DNA of 64,000 bases from Squalus acanthias (GCA_030390025.1 CM059431.1:147376001-147440000), one strand, 5' to 3'; positions 38,201 to 52,101 are shown, counted from the first letter of the stretch. Notes: a model not told the origin generated them from the letters alone. Program-made: numbers and translations.

Positions 38201-38858
38201 GTTGTGGGCTGGAGGAGGTTACAGAGATAGGGAAGATTGTGGGGCTGGAGGAGGTTACAGAGATAGGGAGGGTTGTAGGCGTTGGAGGAGGTTACAGAGA
38301 TAGGGAAGGTTGTGGGGCTGGAGGAGGTTACAGAGATAGGGAGGGTTGTAGGACTGGAGGTGGTTCCAGAGATAGGGAGGGTTGTAGGACTGAAGAAGAT
38401 TACAGAGATAGGGAGGGTTGTAGGGGCTGGAGGAGGTTACAGAGATAGGGAGGGTTGTAGAGCTGGAGGAGGTTACTGAGATAGGGAGGGTTGTAGGGGC
38501 TGGAGGAGGTTACAGAGATAGGGAGGTTTGTAGGGGCTGGAGGAGGTTACTGAGATAGGAAGGGTTGTAGGGGCTGGAGGAGGTTACAGAGATAGGGAGG
38601 GTTGTAGGCGTTGGAGGAGGTTACAGAGATAGGGAGGGTTGTAGGGGCTGGAGGAGGTTACAGAGATAGGGAGGGTTGTAGGGGTTGGAGGAGGTTACAG
38701 AGATAGGGAGGGTTGTAGGGGTTGGAGGAGGTTACAGAGATAGGGAGGGTTGTAGGGGTTGGAGGAGGTTACAGAGATAGGGAGGGTTGTAGGGGCTGGA
38801 GGAGGTTACAGAGATAGGGAGGGTTGTAGTGGTTGGAGGAGGTTACAGAGATAGGGAG
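23265..38858. repeat. ~15.6 kb G-rich 37-bp satellite (GTTACAGAGATAGGGAGGGTTGTAGGGGCTGGAGGAG), roughly 420 units, with higher-order structure
   Basis: Direct periodicity. The diagnostic variant TGCTACACAGATAGGGAGGGGTGTAGATG recurs at 23951, 26529, 29107 and 31065. Confidence 0.95.
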
Positions 38859-39342
38859 ATGGATGAGGCCGTCCTAAACCTCACTCCTCAGCGAACTCAG
38901 CACAGGCCGGGAATGGAGCCTGGGCCTTTCCTGCTCTGTGTGTGTGTGTGTGGGGCTCAGTACCACACCCGGTGTGAGATCAGGCTAACTCAGCACAGGC
39001 CGGGGATGGAGCGTGGGCCTTTCCTGCTCTGTGTGTGTGTGTGGGGGGTCTGATCATTGGAACTTAAATCAGGAGATGACCGAGCACCCTCTGGTTCCTC
39101 CTCATCAATAAACCGCCCGCACTCCTCGATTTGATTCCAGACTTTAACGGTCAAACTTTAATCTTTAAACAACTGTAATAAACGGCCCTAAACATGCGGG
39201 AAAACAATTCAGAAACAGTTCCCAGACAATGGAGCATTCTGGAATAGTTTGTTGCCTCTTTGGAAAAAAACGACGGAGAAACCATCGACCACAAAACGAT
39301 AACGTGCTCCCGACAAAAGATTCCACCTCAAGGGTGAAATAT

Positions 39343-39828
39343 TGTCCTCGGAGTGGGTGCAGCGAAGGTTCACCAGAATGATACCGGGGCTAAAAGGGTT
39401 AAATTCCGAGGGCAGGTTGCACAGACTAGGCTTGTATTCCCTCGAGTGTAGAAGATTAAGGGGCGATCGAATCGAGGTGTTTTAAGATGATTAAAGGAGT
39501 TGATGGGGTCGATAGAGAGAAACTATTTCCTCTGGTGGGGGGAGTCCAGAACAAGGGGGGCATCGCCTTAAAATTAGAGCCAGGCCGTTCAGGGGTCATG
39601 TCAGGAAGCACTTCTTCACACAAAGGGGAGTGGAAATCTGGAACTCTCTCCCCCAATAAAGCTGTTGAGGCTGGTGGGGGGTCAATTGGGAATTTCAAAA
39701 CTGAGATTGATAGATTTATGTTGGGTGAGGGTATTAAGGGTTACGGAACCAAGGCGGGTAGATGGACATAGCACACAGATCAACCATGATCTCATTGAAT
39801 GGCGGAGCAGGCTCGAGGGGACCGAATG
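39343..39828 (+). mobile_element. CR1 LINE 3' fragment
   Basis: VQRRFTRMIP…LGLYSLE.RRLRGD…FKTEIDRF and the tail GAATGGCGGAGCAGGCTCGAGGGG. Confidence 0.88.
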
Positions 39829-39869
39829 AGGGAGCAGTCACTATAGGTTAATTCAACACCAACAACCTC

Positions 39870-40080
39870 ATTGGTTGATCCCAGTGCCGGTAGGGCAAAG
39901 ATCTGATTGGTTGAACCCAAGGCTAGGAGATGGATGGTCTGATTGGTTGATCCCAAGGCTGGGAGATGGATGTTCTGATTGGTTGAACCCCAGGCTGGGA
40001 GATGGATGGTCTGTTTGGTTGAACCCCAGGCTGGTAGATGGATGTTCTGATGAGTTGAATCCCAGGCTGGTAGAGGAATC
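39870..40080. repeat. 36-bp minisatellite (CTGATTGGTTGAACCCCAGGCTGGGAGATGGATGGT), ~5-6 units
   Basis: 12-codon periodicity (STNQNIHLPAWG). Confidence 0.8.
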
Positions 40081-40269
40081 TCCTGATGGCTTTCTGGCCC
40101 AGTTGGGAGACAGAGGTGGACAATCCGCAGGAGATCCCGCCCATCTCTGCAAGGTCCTGAGCAACGACAGGGATCAGAGACCAATTTGTGGGTTCCAGTA
40201 GTTCTGGATGGAAGTATTGAACCTGCCCTGCTGCCCATCGCAAAGCCTCTCCTCCGGATCGTGACTCTC

Positions 40270-40317
40270 TCACTCATTCTCCAATAGCCACAGGTGCTCC
40301 ACGGTCACATGTACAAC
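40270..40317 (-). CDS. Putative terminal coding exon of hidden gene (VVHVTVEHLWLLENE*)
   Basis: Branch-like GCTGAC plus ctcttcctttccaag acceptor. Phase 0 matches the donor at 51047. Candidate ATTAAA on minus at 39157-39162. Confidence 0.5.
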   Translation of the reverse strand, partial: VVHVTVEHLWLLENE

Positions 40318-40418
40318 CTTGGAAAGGAAGAGCGTACAGTCAGCGCAAAAACGGTTCAAGTCACCTCGACCCCCACCGGCCAATCAGTCAACCTCACTAG
40401 TAGGAGCACGATAATTGG

Positions 40419-43400
40419 TCAGTGTAGAGGGAGCTTTACTCTGTATCTAACCCGTGCTGTACCTGCCCTGGAAGTGTTTGATGGGACAGTGCAGAGTGAG
40501 CTTTACTCTGTATCTAACCAGTGCTGTACCTGCCCTGGAAGTGTTTGATGGGACAGTGTAGAGGGAGCTTTACTCTGTATCTAACCCCTGCTGTACCTGC
40601 CCTGTGAGTGTTTGATGTGACAGTGTAGAGGGAGCTTTACTCTGTATCTAACCCGTGCTGTACCTGCCCTGGGAGTGTTTGATAGGACAGTGTAGAGGGA
40701 GCTTTACTCTGTATCTAACCCGTGCTGTACCTTCCCTGGAAGAGTTTGATGGGACAGTGCAGAGGGAGCTTTACTCTGTATCTAACCCATGCTGTACCTG
40801 CCCTGGGAGTGTTTGATGGGACAGTGTAGAGGAAGCTTTACTCTGCATCTAGCCCATGCCGTACCTACCCTGGGAGTGTTTGACGGAAGAGTGTAGAGGT
40901 AGCTTTATTCTATATCGAAATCGTGCTGTACCACCCCAGGGAGTGTTTGATTGGAATGTGTGAAAGGAGCTTTACACTGTATCTAACCCGTGCTGTACCT
41001 GCCCTGGGAGTGGTTGACGGGACAATGTAGAGGGAGCTTTACTCTGTGTCTAACCCCGTGCTGTACCTGCCCTGGGCGTGTTTGAAGGGACAGTGTAGAG
41101 GGAGCTTTACTCTGTATCTAACCCGTGCTGTACCTGCCCTGGGCGTGTTTGAAGGGACAGTTTAGAGGGAGCTTTACTCTGTATCTAACCCGTTCTGTAC
41201 CTGCCCTGGGAGTGTTTGCTGTGTCAGTGTAGAGGCAGCTTTACTCTGTATCTAACCTGTGCTGTCCCTGCCCTAGGAGTATTTGATGCGACAGTGTAGA
41301 GGGAGCTTTACTCTGTATCTAATCTGTGCTGTACCTGCCCTGGGAGTGTTTGATGCGACAGTGTAGAGGGAGCTTTACTCTGTATCTAACCCGTGCTGTA
41401 CCTGCCCGTGGAGTGTTTGATGGGACAGTGCAGAGGGAGCTTTACTCTGTATCTAACCCGTGCTGTACCTGCCCTGGGAGTGTTTGATAGGACAGTGTAG
41501 AGGGAGCTTTACTCTGTATCTAACCCGTGCTGTACCTGCCCTGGGAGTATTTGATGCGACAGTGTAGACGGAGCTTTACTCTGTATCTAACCCATGCTGT
41601 ACCTGCCCTGGGAGTGTTTGATGGGGCAGTGTAGAAGGAGCTTTACTCTGTATCTAACCTGTTCTGTACCTGCCCTGGGAGTGTTTGATGGGACAGTACA
41701 GAGGCAGCTGTACTCTGTATCCAACCCATACTGTATCTGCCCTGGGAGTGTATGATGGGGCTGTGTAGAGGGAGCTTTACTCTGTATCTAACCCGTGCTG
41801 TACCTGCCCTGGGAGTGTTTGCTGGGACAGTGTAGAGGGAGCTTTACTCTGTATCTAACCCGTGCTGTACCTGCCCTGGGAGTGTCTGATAGGACAGTGT
41901 AGAGGGAGCTTTACTTTGTATCTAACCCGTGCTGTACCTGCCCTGGAAGTGTTTGATGGGACAGTGCAGAGTGAGCTTTACTCTGCATCTAACCAGTGCT
42001 GTACCTGCCCTGGAAGTGTTTGATGGGACAATGTAGAGGAAGCTTTACTCTTTATCTAACCCATGCTGTACCTTCCCTGGAAGAGTTTGATGGGACAGTG
42101 TACAGGGAGCTTTACTCTGTATCTAACCCATGCTGTACCTGCCCTGGGAGTGTTTGATGGGACAGTGCAGAGGAAGCTTTACTCTGCATCGAGCCTATGC
42201 CGTACTTACCCTGGGAGTGTTTGACGGGAGAGTGTAGAGGTAGCTTTATTCTATATCTAAATCGTGCTGTACCAGCCCAGGGAGTGTTTGATTGGAATGT
42301 GTGAACGGAGCTTTACACTGTATCTAACCCGTGCTGTACCTGCCCTGGGAGTGGTTGATGGGACAGTGTAGAGGGAGCTGTACTCTGTGTCTAACCCCGT
42401 GCTGTACCTGCCCTGGGCGTTTTTGAAGGGACAGTGTAGAGGGAGCTTTATTCTGTATCTAACCCGTTCTGTTCCTTCCCTGGGAGTGTTTAATGGGACA
42501 GTGCAGAGGGAGCTTTACTCTGTATCTATCCCGCGCTGTACCTGCCTTGGGAGTGTTTGATGGGACAGTGTAGAGGGAGCTTTACTCTGTATCTAACCCG
42601 TGCTGTACCTACCCTGGGAGTGTTTTATGGGACAGTGTAGAAGGAGCTTTACTCTGTATCTAACCTTTGCTGTACCTGCTATGGGAGTGTTTGATGGGAC
42701 AGTACAGAGGCAGCTTTACTCTGTATCCAACCCATACTGTATCTGCCCTGGGAGTGTTTGATGAGGCTGTGTAGAGGGAGCTTTACTCTGTATCTAACCC
42801 GTGCTGTACCTGCCCTGGGAGTGTTTGCTGGGACAGTGTAGAGGGAGCTTTACTCTGTATCTAACCCGTGCTGTACCTGCCCTGGGAGTGTTTGATAGGA
42901 CAGTGTAGAGGGACCTTTACTCTGTATCCAACCCGTGCTGTACCTGCCCTGGAAGTGTTTGATGGGACAGTGCAGAGTGAGCTTTACTCTGTATCGAACC
43001 AGTGCTGTACCTGCCCTGGAAGTGTATCATGGGACAGTGTAGAGGGAGCTTTACTCTGTATCTAACCCGTGCTGTACCTACCCTGGGAGTGTTTTATGGG
43101 TCAGTGTAGAGGGAGCTTTACTCTGTATCTAACCCGTGCTGTACCTGCCCTGGGAGTGTTTGATGGGACAGTGTAGAGGGAGCTTTACTCTGTATCTAAC
43201 CCGTGCCGTATCTGCCCTGGAAGTGTTTGATGGGACAGTGTAGAGGAAGCTTTACTCTGCATCTAGTCCATGCTGTACTTGCCCTGGGAGTGTTTGACGG
43301 GACAGTGTAGAGGGAGATTTACTCTGTATCCAACTCAGTGCTGTACCTGCCCTGGGAGTGTTTGATGGGATAGTTTAGAGGGAACTTTACTCTGTATCTA

Positions 43401-46400
43401 ACCCGTGCTGTACCTGCCCTGGAAATGTTTGATGAGACAGTGCAGAGGGAGCTTTACTCATATATAACCTGTGCTGTACCTGCCCTGGGAGTGTTTGATG
43501 GGACAGTGTTGATGGAGCTTTACTCTGTATCTAACCCATGCTGTACCTGCCCTGGAAGTGTTTGCTGTGTCAGTATAGAGGCAGCTTGACTCTGTATCTA
43601 ACCCGTGCTGTACCTACCCTGGGAGTATTTGATGCGACAGTGTAGAGGGAGCTTTACTCTGTATCTAACCTGTGCTGTACCTGCCCTGGGAGTATTTGAT
43701 GCGACAGTGTAGACGGAGCTTTACTCTGTATCTAACCCATGCTGTACCTGCCCTGGGAGTGTTTGATGGGACAGTGTAGAGGGAGCTTTACTCTGTATCT
43801 AACGCGTGCTGTACCTGGCCTGGAAGTGTTTGATGTGACAGTGCAGAGGGAGCTTTACTCTGTATCTAACCCGTTCTGTACCTGCCCTGAGAGTGTTTGA
43901 TGGGACAGTGTAGAGGGAGCTTTACTCTGTATCTAACCCGAGCCGTACCTGCCCTGGGAGTGTTTGATGAGACAGCGTAGAGGGAACTTTACACTGAATC
44001 TAATCTGGGCCGTACCTGCCCTGGGCTTGTTTGAAGGAACAGTGTAGAGGGAACTTTACTCTGTATCTAACCCGTGCCGTACCTGCCCTGGGAGTGTTTG
44101 AAGGGACAGAGTAGATGGAGCTTTACTCTGTATCTAAACCGTGCTGTACCTTCGATGGAAGTGTTTGATGGGACAGTGCAGAGGGAGCTTTACTGTGCAT
44201 CTAACCCATGCTGTACCTGCCCTGGAAATGTTTGATGAGACAGTGTAGATGGAGCTTTACTCTGTTTCTAACCCGTGCTGTACCTGCCCTGGAAGTGTTT
44301 GATGGGGACAGTGTAGAGGGAGTTTTACTCTATATCTAACCCGTGCTGTACCTGCCCTGGGAGTATTTGATGCGACAGTGTCGACGGAGCTTTACTCTGT
44401 ATCTAACCCATGCTGTACCTGCCCTGGGAGTGTTTGATGGGACAGTGTAGAAGGAGCTTTACTCTGTATCTAACCTTTGCTGTACCTGCTATGGGAGTGT
44501 TTGATGGGACAGTACAGAGGCAGCTTTACTCTGTATCCAACCCATACTGTATCTGCCCTGGGAGTGTTTGATGAGGCTGTGTAGAGGGAGCTTTACTCTG
44601 TATCTAACCCGTGCTGTACCTGCCCTGGGAGTGTTTGCTGGGACAGTGTAGAGGGAGCTTTACTCTGTATCTAACCCGTGCTGTACCTGCCCTGGGAGTG
44701 TTTGATAGGACAGTGTAGAGGGACCTTTACTCTGTATCCAACCCGTGCTGTACCTGCCTGGAAGTGTTTGATGGGACAGTGCAGAGTGAGCTTTACTCTG
44801 TATCGAACCAGTGCTGTACCTGCCCTGGAAGTGTATCATGGGACAGTGTAGAGGGAGCTTTACTCTGTATCTAACCCCTGCTGTACCTGCCCTGTGAGTG
44901 TTTGATGTGACAGTGTAGAGGGAGCTTTACTCTGTATCTAACCCGTGCTGTACCTGCCCTGGGAGGGTTTGATAGGACAGTGTAGAGGGAGCTTTACTCT
45001 GTATCTAACCCGTGCTGTACCTGCCCTGGAAGTGTTTGATGGGACAGTGCAGAGTGAGCTTTACTCTGTATCTAACCAGTGCTGTACCTGCCCTGGAAGT
45101 GTTTGATGGGACAGTGTAGAGGAAGCTTTACTCTGTATTTAACCCATGCTGTACCTGCCCTGGGAGTGTTTGATGGGACAGTGTAGAGGAAGCTTTACTC
45201 TGCATCTAGCCCATGCCGTACTTACCCTGGGAATGTTTGACGGGAGAGTGTTGAGGTAGCTTTATTCTATATCTAAATCGTGCTGAACCAGCCCAGTGTT
45301 TGATTGGAATGTGTGAACGGAGCTTTACACTGTATCTAACCCGTGCTGTACCTGCCCTGGGAGTGGTTGACGGGACAGTGTAGAGGTAGCTTTACTCTGT
45401 GTCTAACCCCGTGCTGTACCTGCCCTGTGCGTGTTTGAAGGGACAGTGTAGTGGGAGCTTTGCTCTGTATCTAACCCGTTCTGTACCTGCCCTGGGAGTG
45501 TTTAATGGGACAGTGTAGAGGGAGCTTTACTCTGTATCTAACCCGTGCTGTACCTGCCCTGGGAGTGTTTGATGGGACAGTGTAGAAGGAGCTTTACTAT
45601 GTATCTAACCTTTGCTGTACCTGCTATGGGAGTGTTTGATGGGACAGTACAGAGGCAGCTTTACTCTGTATCCAACCCATACTGTATCTGCCCTGGGAGT
45701 GTTTGATGAGGCTGTGTCGAGGGAGCTTTACTCTGTATCTAACCCGTGCTGTACCTGCCCTGGGAGTGTTTGCTGGGACAGTGTAGAGGGAGCTTTACTC
45801 TGTATCTAACCCGTGCTGTACCTGCCCTGGGAGTGTTTGATAGGACAGTGTAGAGGGACCTTTACTCTGTATCCAACCCGTGCTGTACCTGCCCTGGAAG
45901 TGTTTGATGGGACAGTGCAGAGTGAGCTTTACTCTGTATCGAACCAGTGCTGTACCTGCCCTGGAAGTGTATCATGGGACAGTGTAGAGGGAGCTTTACT
46001 CTGTATCTAACCCCTGCTGTACCTGCCCTGTGAGTGTTTGATGTGACAGTGTAGAGGGAGCTTTACTCTGTATCTAACCCGTGCTGTACCTGCCCTGGGA
46101 GTGTTTGATAGGACAGTGTAGAGGGAGCTTTACTCTGTATCTAACCCGTGCTGTACCTGCCCTGGAAGTGTTTGATGGGACAGTGCAGAGTGAGCTTTAC
46201 TCTGTATCTAACCAGTGCTGTACCTGCCCTGGAAGTGTTTGATGGGACAGTGTAGAGGAAGCTTTACTCTGAATCTAACCCATGCTGTACCTTCCCTGGA
46301 AGAGTTTGATGGGACAGTCTAGAGGGAGCTTTACTCTGTATTTAACCCATGCTGTACCTGCCCTGGGAGTGTTTGATGGGACAGTGTAGAGGAAGCTTTA

Positions 46401-49400
46401 CTCTGCATCTAGCCCATGCCGTACTTACCCTAGGAATGTTTGACGGGAGAGTGTTGCGGTAGCTTTATTCTATATCTAAATCGTGCTGAACCAGCCCAGG
46501 GAGTGTTTGATTGGAATGTGTGAACGGAGCTTTACACTGTATCTAACCCGTGCTGTACCTGCCCTGGGAGTGGTTGACGGGACAGTGTAGAGGTAGCTTT
46601 ACTCTGTGTCTAACCCCGTGCTGTACCTGCCCTGGAAGTGTTTGAAGGGACAGTGTAGTGGGAGCTTTGCTCTGTATCTAACCCGTTCTGTACCTGCCCT
46701 GGGAGTGTTTGATGGGACAGTGTAGAGGGAGCTTTACTCTGTGTCTAACCCGTGCCGTACCTGCCCTGGAAGTGTTTGATGGGACAGTGTAGAGGAAGCT
46801 TTACTCTGCATCTAGCCCATGATGTACTTGCCCTGGGAGTGTTTGACGGGAGAGTGTGGAAGGAGCTTTACTCTGTATCTTTCCCGCGCTGTACCTGCCT
46901 TGGGAGTGTTTGATGGGACAGTGTAGAGGGAGCTTTACTCTGTATCTAACCCGTGCTGTACCTACCCTGGGAGTGTTTGATGGGACAGTGTAGAAGGAGC
47001 TTTACTCTGTATCTCACCTGTGCTGTACCTTCCCTGGAAGAGTTTGATTGGACACTGTAGAGGGAGCTTTACTCTGTATCTAACACATGCTGTACCTGCC
47101 CTGGGAGTGTTTGATGGGACAGTGTAGAGGAAGCTTTACTCTGCATCTCGCCCATGCTGTACTTGCCCTGGGAGTGTTTGACGGGAGAGTGAGCGGTAGC
47201 TTTATTCTATATCTAAATTGTGCTGTACCTGCCCTGGGAGAGTTTGATGGGACAGTGCAGAGGGAGCATAACTCGGTATCTAACCCATGCTGTCCCTGAC
47301 CTGGGAGTGTTTGATGGGGCAGTGTAAAGGGAGCTTTACTCTGTATGTAACCCGTGCTGTAACTGCCCCGGGAGTTTTTGATGGGGCTGTGTCGAGGGAG
47401 CTTTACTCTGTATCTAACCCGTGCTGTACCTGCCCTGGAAGTGTTTGAAGGGACAGTGTAGAGGGAGCTTTACTCTGTATCTAACCCGTGCTGTACCTGC
47501 CCTGGGAGTGTTTGATGGGACAGTGCAGATGGAGCTTTACTCTGTATCTAACCGGTGTTGTACCTGCCCTGGGAGTGTTTGATGGGACAGTGCAGATATA
47601 GCTTTACTCTGTATCTAACCCGTGCTGTTCCTGCCCTGGAAGTGTTTGATGGGACAGTGTCGAGGGAGCTTTACTCTCTATCTAACCAGTGCTGTGCCTG
47701 CCCTGGGAGTGTTTGATGGGACAGTGTAGAGGGAGCTTTACTCTGTATCTAACCCGTGCTGTACCTGCCGTGGAAGTGTTTGATGAAACAGTGTGGATGG
47801 AGATTAACTCTGTAAGTAACCCGTGCTGTACCTGCCCTGGGAGTGTTTAATGGGACAGTGTAGAGGGAGCTTTACTCTGTATCTAACCCGTGCTGTACCT
47901 GCCCTGGGAGTGTTTGATGGGACAGTGTAGAGGGAGCTTTACTCTGTGTCTAACCCGTGCCGTACCTGCCCTGGAAGTGTTTGATGGGACAGTGTAGAGG
48001 AAGCTTTACTCTGCATCTAGCCCATGATGTACTTGCCCTGGGAGTGTTTGACGGGAGAGTGTGGAAGGAGCTTTACTCTGTATCTTTCCCGCGCTGTACC
48101 TGCCTTGGGAGTGTTTGATGGGACAGTGTAGAGGGAGCTTTACTCTGTATCTAACCCGTGCTGTACCTACCCTGGGAGTGTTTGATGGGACAGTGTAGAT
48201 GGAGCTTTACTCTGTATCTCACCTGTGCTGTACCTTCCCTGGAAGAGTTTGATTGGACACTGTAGAGGGAGCTTTACTCTGTATCTAACACATGCTGTAC
48301 CTGCCCTGGGAGTGTTTGATGGGACAGTGTAGAGGAAGCTTTACTCTGCATCTCGCCCATGCTGTACTTGCCCTGGGAGTGTTTGACGGGAGAGTGAGCG
48401 GTAGCTTTATTCTATATCTAAATTGTGCTGTACCTGCCCTGGGAGAGTTTGATGGGACAGTGCAGAGGGAGCATAACTCGGTATCTAACCCATGCTGTCC
48501 CTGACCTGGGAGTGTTTGATGGGGCAGTGTAAAGGGAGCTTTACTCTGTATGTAACCCGTGCTGTAACTGCCCCGGGAGTTTTTGATGGGGCTGTGTCGA
48601 GGGAGCTTTACTCTGTATCTAACCCGTGCTGTACCTGCCCTGGAAGTGTTTGAAGGGACAGTGTAGAGGGAGCTTTACTCTGTATCTAACCCGTGCTGTA
48701 CCTGCCCTGGGAGTGTTTGATGGGACAGTGCAGATGGAGCTTTACTCTGTATCTAACCGGTGTTGTACCTGCCCTGGGAGTGTTTGATGGGACAGTGCAG
48801 ATATAGCTTTACTCTGTATCTAACCCGTGCTGTTCCTGCCCTGGAAGTGTTTGATGGGACAGTGTCGAGGGAGCTTTACTCTCTATCTAACCAGTGCTGT
48901 GCCTGCCCTGGGAGTGTTTGATGGGACAGTGTAGAGGGAGCTTTACTCTGTATCTAACCCGTGCTGTACCTGCCGTGGAAGTGTTTGATGAGACAGTGTG
49001 GATGGAGATTAACTCTGTAAGTAACCCGTGCTGTACCTGCCCTGGGAGTGTTTAATGGGACAGTGTAGAGGGAGCTTTACTCTGTATCTAACCCGTGCTG
49101 TACCTGCCCTGGGAGTGTTTGATGGGACAGTGTAGAGGGAGCTTTACTCTGTGTCTAACCCGTGCCGTACCTGCCCTGGAAGTGTTTGATGGGACAGTGT
49201 AGAGGAAGCTTTACTCTGCATCTAGCCCATGATGTACTTGCCCTGGGAGTGTTTGACGGGAGAGTGTGGAAGGAGCTTTACTCTGTATCTTTCCCGCGCT
49301 GTACCTGCCTTGGGAGTGTTTGATGGGACAGTGTAGAGGGAGCTTTACTCTGTATCTAACCCGTGCTGTACCTACCCTGGGAGTGTTTGATGGGACAGTG

Positions 49401-50793
49401 TAGATGGAGCTTTACTCTGTATCTCACCTGTGCTGTACCTTCCCTGGAAGAGTTTGATTGGACACTGTAGAGGGAGCTTTACTCTGTATCTAACACATGC
49501 TGTACCTGCCCTGGGAGTGTTTGATGGGACAGTGTAGAGGAAGCTTTACTCTGCATCTAGCCCATGCTGTACTTGCCCTGGGAGTGTTTGACGGGAGAGT
49601 GTAGCGGTAGCTTTATTCTATATCTAAATTGTGCTGTACCTGCCCTGGGAGAGTTTGATGGGACAGTGCAGAGGGAGCATAACTCGGTATCTAACCCATG
49701 CTGTCCCTGACCTGGGAGTGTTTGATGGGGCAGTGTAAAGGGAGCTTTACTCTGTATGTAACCCGTGCTGTAACTGCCCCGGGAGTTTTTGATGGGGCTG
49801 TGTCGAGGGAGCTTTACTCTGTATCTAACCCGTGCTGTACCTGCCCTGGAAGTGTTTGAAGGGACAGTGTAGAGGGAGCTTTACTCTGTATCTAACCCGT
49901 ACTGTACCTGCCCTGGGAGTGTTTGATGGGACAGTGCAGATGGAGCTTTACTCTGTATCTAACCAGTGTTGTACCTGCCCTGGGAGTGTTTGATGGGACA
50001 GTGCAGATATAGCTTTACTCTGTATCTAACCCGTGCTGTACCTGCCCTGGAAGTGTTTGATGGGACAGTGTCGAGGGAGCTTTACTCTGTATCTAACCAG
50101 TGCTGTGCCTGCCCTGGGAGTGTTTGATGGGACAGTGTAGAGGGAGCTTTACTCTGTATCTAACCCGTGCTGTACCTGCCGTGGAAGTGTTTGATGAGAC
50201 AGTGTGGATGGAGATTAACTCTGTAAGTAACCCGTGCTGTACCTGCCCTGGGAGTGTTTGATGGTACAGTGGAGAGGGAGCTTTACTCTGTATCTAACCC
50301 GTGCTGTAGTTGCCCTGGGCGTGTTTTATGGGACAGTTTAGAGGGAGCTTTACTCTGTATCTAACCCGTGCTGTAGTTGCCCTGGGCGTGTTTTATGGGA
50401 CAGTTTAGAGGGAGCTTTACTCTGTATCTAACACGTGCTGTACCTGCCCTGGGAGTGTTTGATGGGGCAGTGTAGAGGGAGCTTTACTCTGTATCTCACC
50501 TGTGCTGTACCTGCCCTGGGAGTGTTTGATGGGACAGTGTGGAGGGAGCTTTACTCTGTATCTAAGCTGTGCTGTACCTGCCCTGTGAGTGTTTGATGGG
50601 ACAGTGTAGAGGGAGCTTTACTCTGTATCTAACCCGTGCTGTACCTGCCCTGGGAGTGTTTGATGGGACAATTTATTAGCAGCTTTACACTGTATCTCAG
50701 CTGTGCTGTACCTGCCCTGGGAGTGTTTGATGGGACAGTGTGGAGGGAGCTTTACCCTGTATCTAAGCTGTGCTGTACCTGCCCTGGGAGTGT
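40419..50793. repeat. ~10.4 kb 67-bp satellite (GTGTTTGATGGGACAGTGTAGAGGGAGCTTTACTCTGTATCTAACCCGTGCTGTACCTGCCCTGGGA), ~155 units
   Basis: Period 67 (40474 to 40541). Identical variant blocks at 47087 and 48292 are 1205 bp apart, i.e. 18 units. Confidence 0.95.
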
Positions 50794-51047
50794 TTGATGG
50801 GGCAGCGACGCCCCCCACAGTAACCCAGCGCCAGGGTCCGTGCGAGCATGGGACCAGGTGAGGACGGGAATGGAATTCTGCCGCGATGCACGCCACATGC
50901 GAATATCCCTCCGAAACTGACAGCCTGGGGCTCGGGGCGGGAGGAGGGCGAGGTGAGATACCAGGGGCATATAATCCCAGGATTCCTCTCCCTCCAGGAC
51001 TCCCTCCCCCTCCCCCAGAACGGGTAACACTCCCGTACGATCCTTAC

Positions 51048-51179
51048 CCTGCTGTGCTGTGGGTCCGGATAATCACGCAGCTGTCCGGGGAAGGCCTGGC
51101 GCACAGCCTGTTTCAGCTCCCGCGGGTAGACGTAGGTCGGCCACGGGCAGTGCTGGAGTCCGAGCCCAGCTTTCCACTG
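51048..51179 (-). CDS. Putative internal exon of hidden gene ((Q)WKAGLGLQHCPWPTYVYPRELKQAVRQAFPGQLRDYPDPQHSR)
   Basis: Polypyrimidine tract plus NAGNAG acceptor (GAG/CAG), donor AGG|GTAAGG, open in phase 0, GC3-rich codons. Confidence 0.65.
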
Positions 51180-52001
51180 CTCGGGAGAGAGAGAGGGGGA
51201 GTTAACGTTGATCTGCGGATCGAGGGTTGGTGACTGAAGACCGTTAGTGTCGCACTGAGTCGGGGGGAAGGTTTGGGGTCAGGGAAGGTTTCAGAGGTCG
51301 GGGGTAATGTTTGGGGGTTTAAGAAATGTTTGGAGGTCAGGGGAAGGTATAGGGTCAAGGGAAAGGTTTAGGGGTCAGGGGTCGGGCAAAGTTTTGGGGG
51401 TCAGGGGTCGGGGAAAGGTTTTGGGGTCGGCAAGAAAGGTTTGCGGGTCGGGGGAAATTTCGGGGAAAGATTTAGGGGTCGGGGAAAGATTTGGGGGTCA
51501 AGGCTCATGGAAGGATTTAGGGTCAGGGGTCGGGGAAAGATTTGGTGGTCAGGACTCGGGGAACGGTTTTGTGGTCAGGTGTCGGAACAGTTTTGGGGTT
51601 AGGAGTCAGGTATGGGGGTCAGGGGTCAGGGAACGGCTTGGGGGCTGGGAGTCAGGTTTGGGGGTCAGTGGTCAGGGAACGGCTTGGGGGCTGGGAGTCA
51701 GGTTTGGGGGTCAGGGGTCAGGGAACGGTTTGGGGGTCGGGGAACAGTTTGGGGGTCGGGGAACAGTTTGGGGGTTGGGGAACAGTTTGGGGGTCGGGGA
51801 ACAGTTTGGGGGTTGGGGAACAGTTTGGGGGTTGGGGAACAGTTTGGGGGTTGGGGAACGGTTTGGGGGTTGGGGAACGGTTTGGAGGTTGGAGAACAGT
51901 TTGGGGGTTCGTGTTCGGGGGAATGGTTTGGGGGTCGGTCGGGATAAGGGGGGTCGGGCTATGGGAGGGGCTGTCGGTGAATCCCCGGCGAGTTGCCCTA
52001 C

Positions 52002-52101
52002 CAGTCTCCGTCCAATCAGTCGATACGCCTCGTGTCTCCGGCTCCGGTTCCGTCTCTTGCGGGTGGCGGTCTCCAGGATGCGGGCGATCCAGAGCGGGAG
52101 G
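52002..52101 (-). CDS. Putative internal exon of hidden gene (LPLWIARILETATRKRRNRSRRHEAYRLIGRRL)
   Basis: Acceptor cttcctcctcttcccgtag, donor CTG|GTAGGG; 100 nt, phase 2 to phase 0, consistent with both neighbouring exons. Confidence 0.65.

Noticed and set aside
39792..40277. 161-aa minus-strand ORF with 12-aa repeats
   Set aside because: Driven by the 36-bp minisatellite and runs into a CR1 tail; more likely 3' UTR of the hidden gene.
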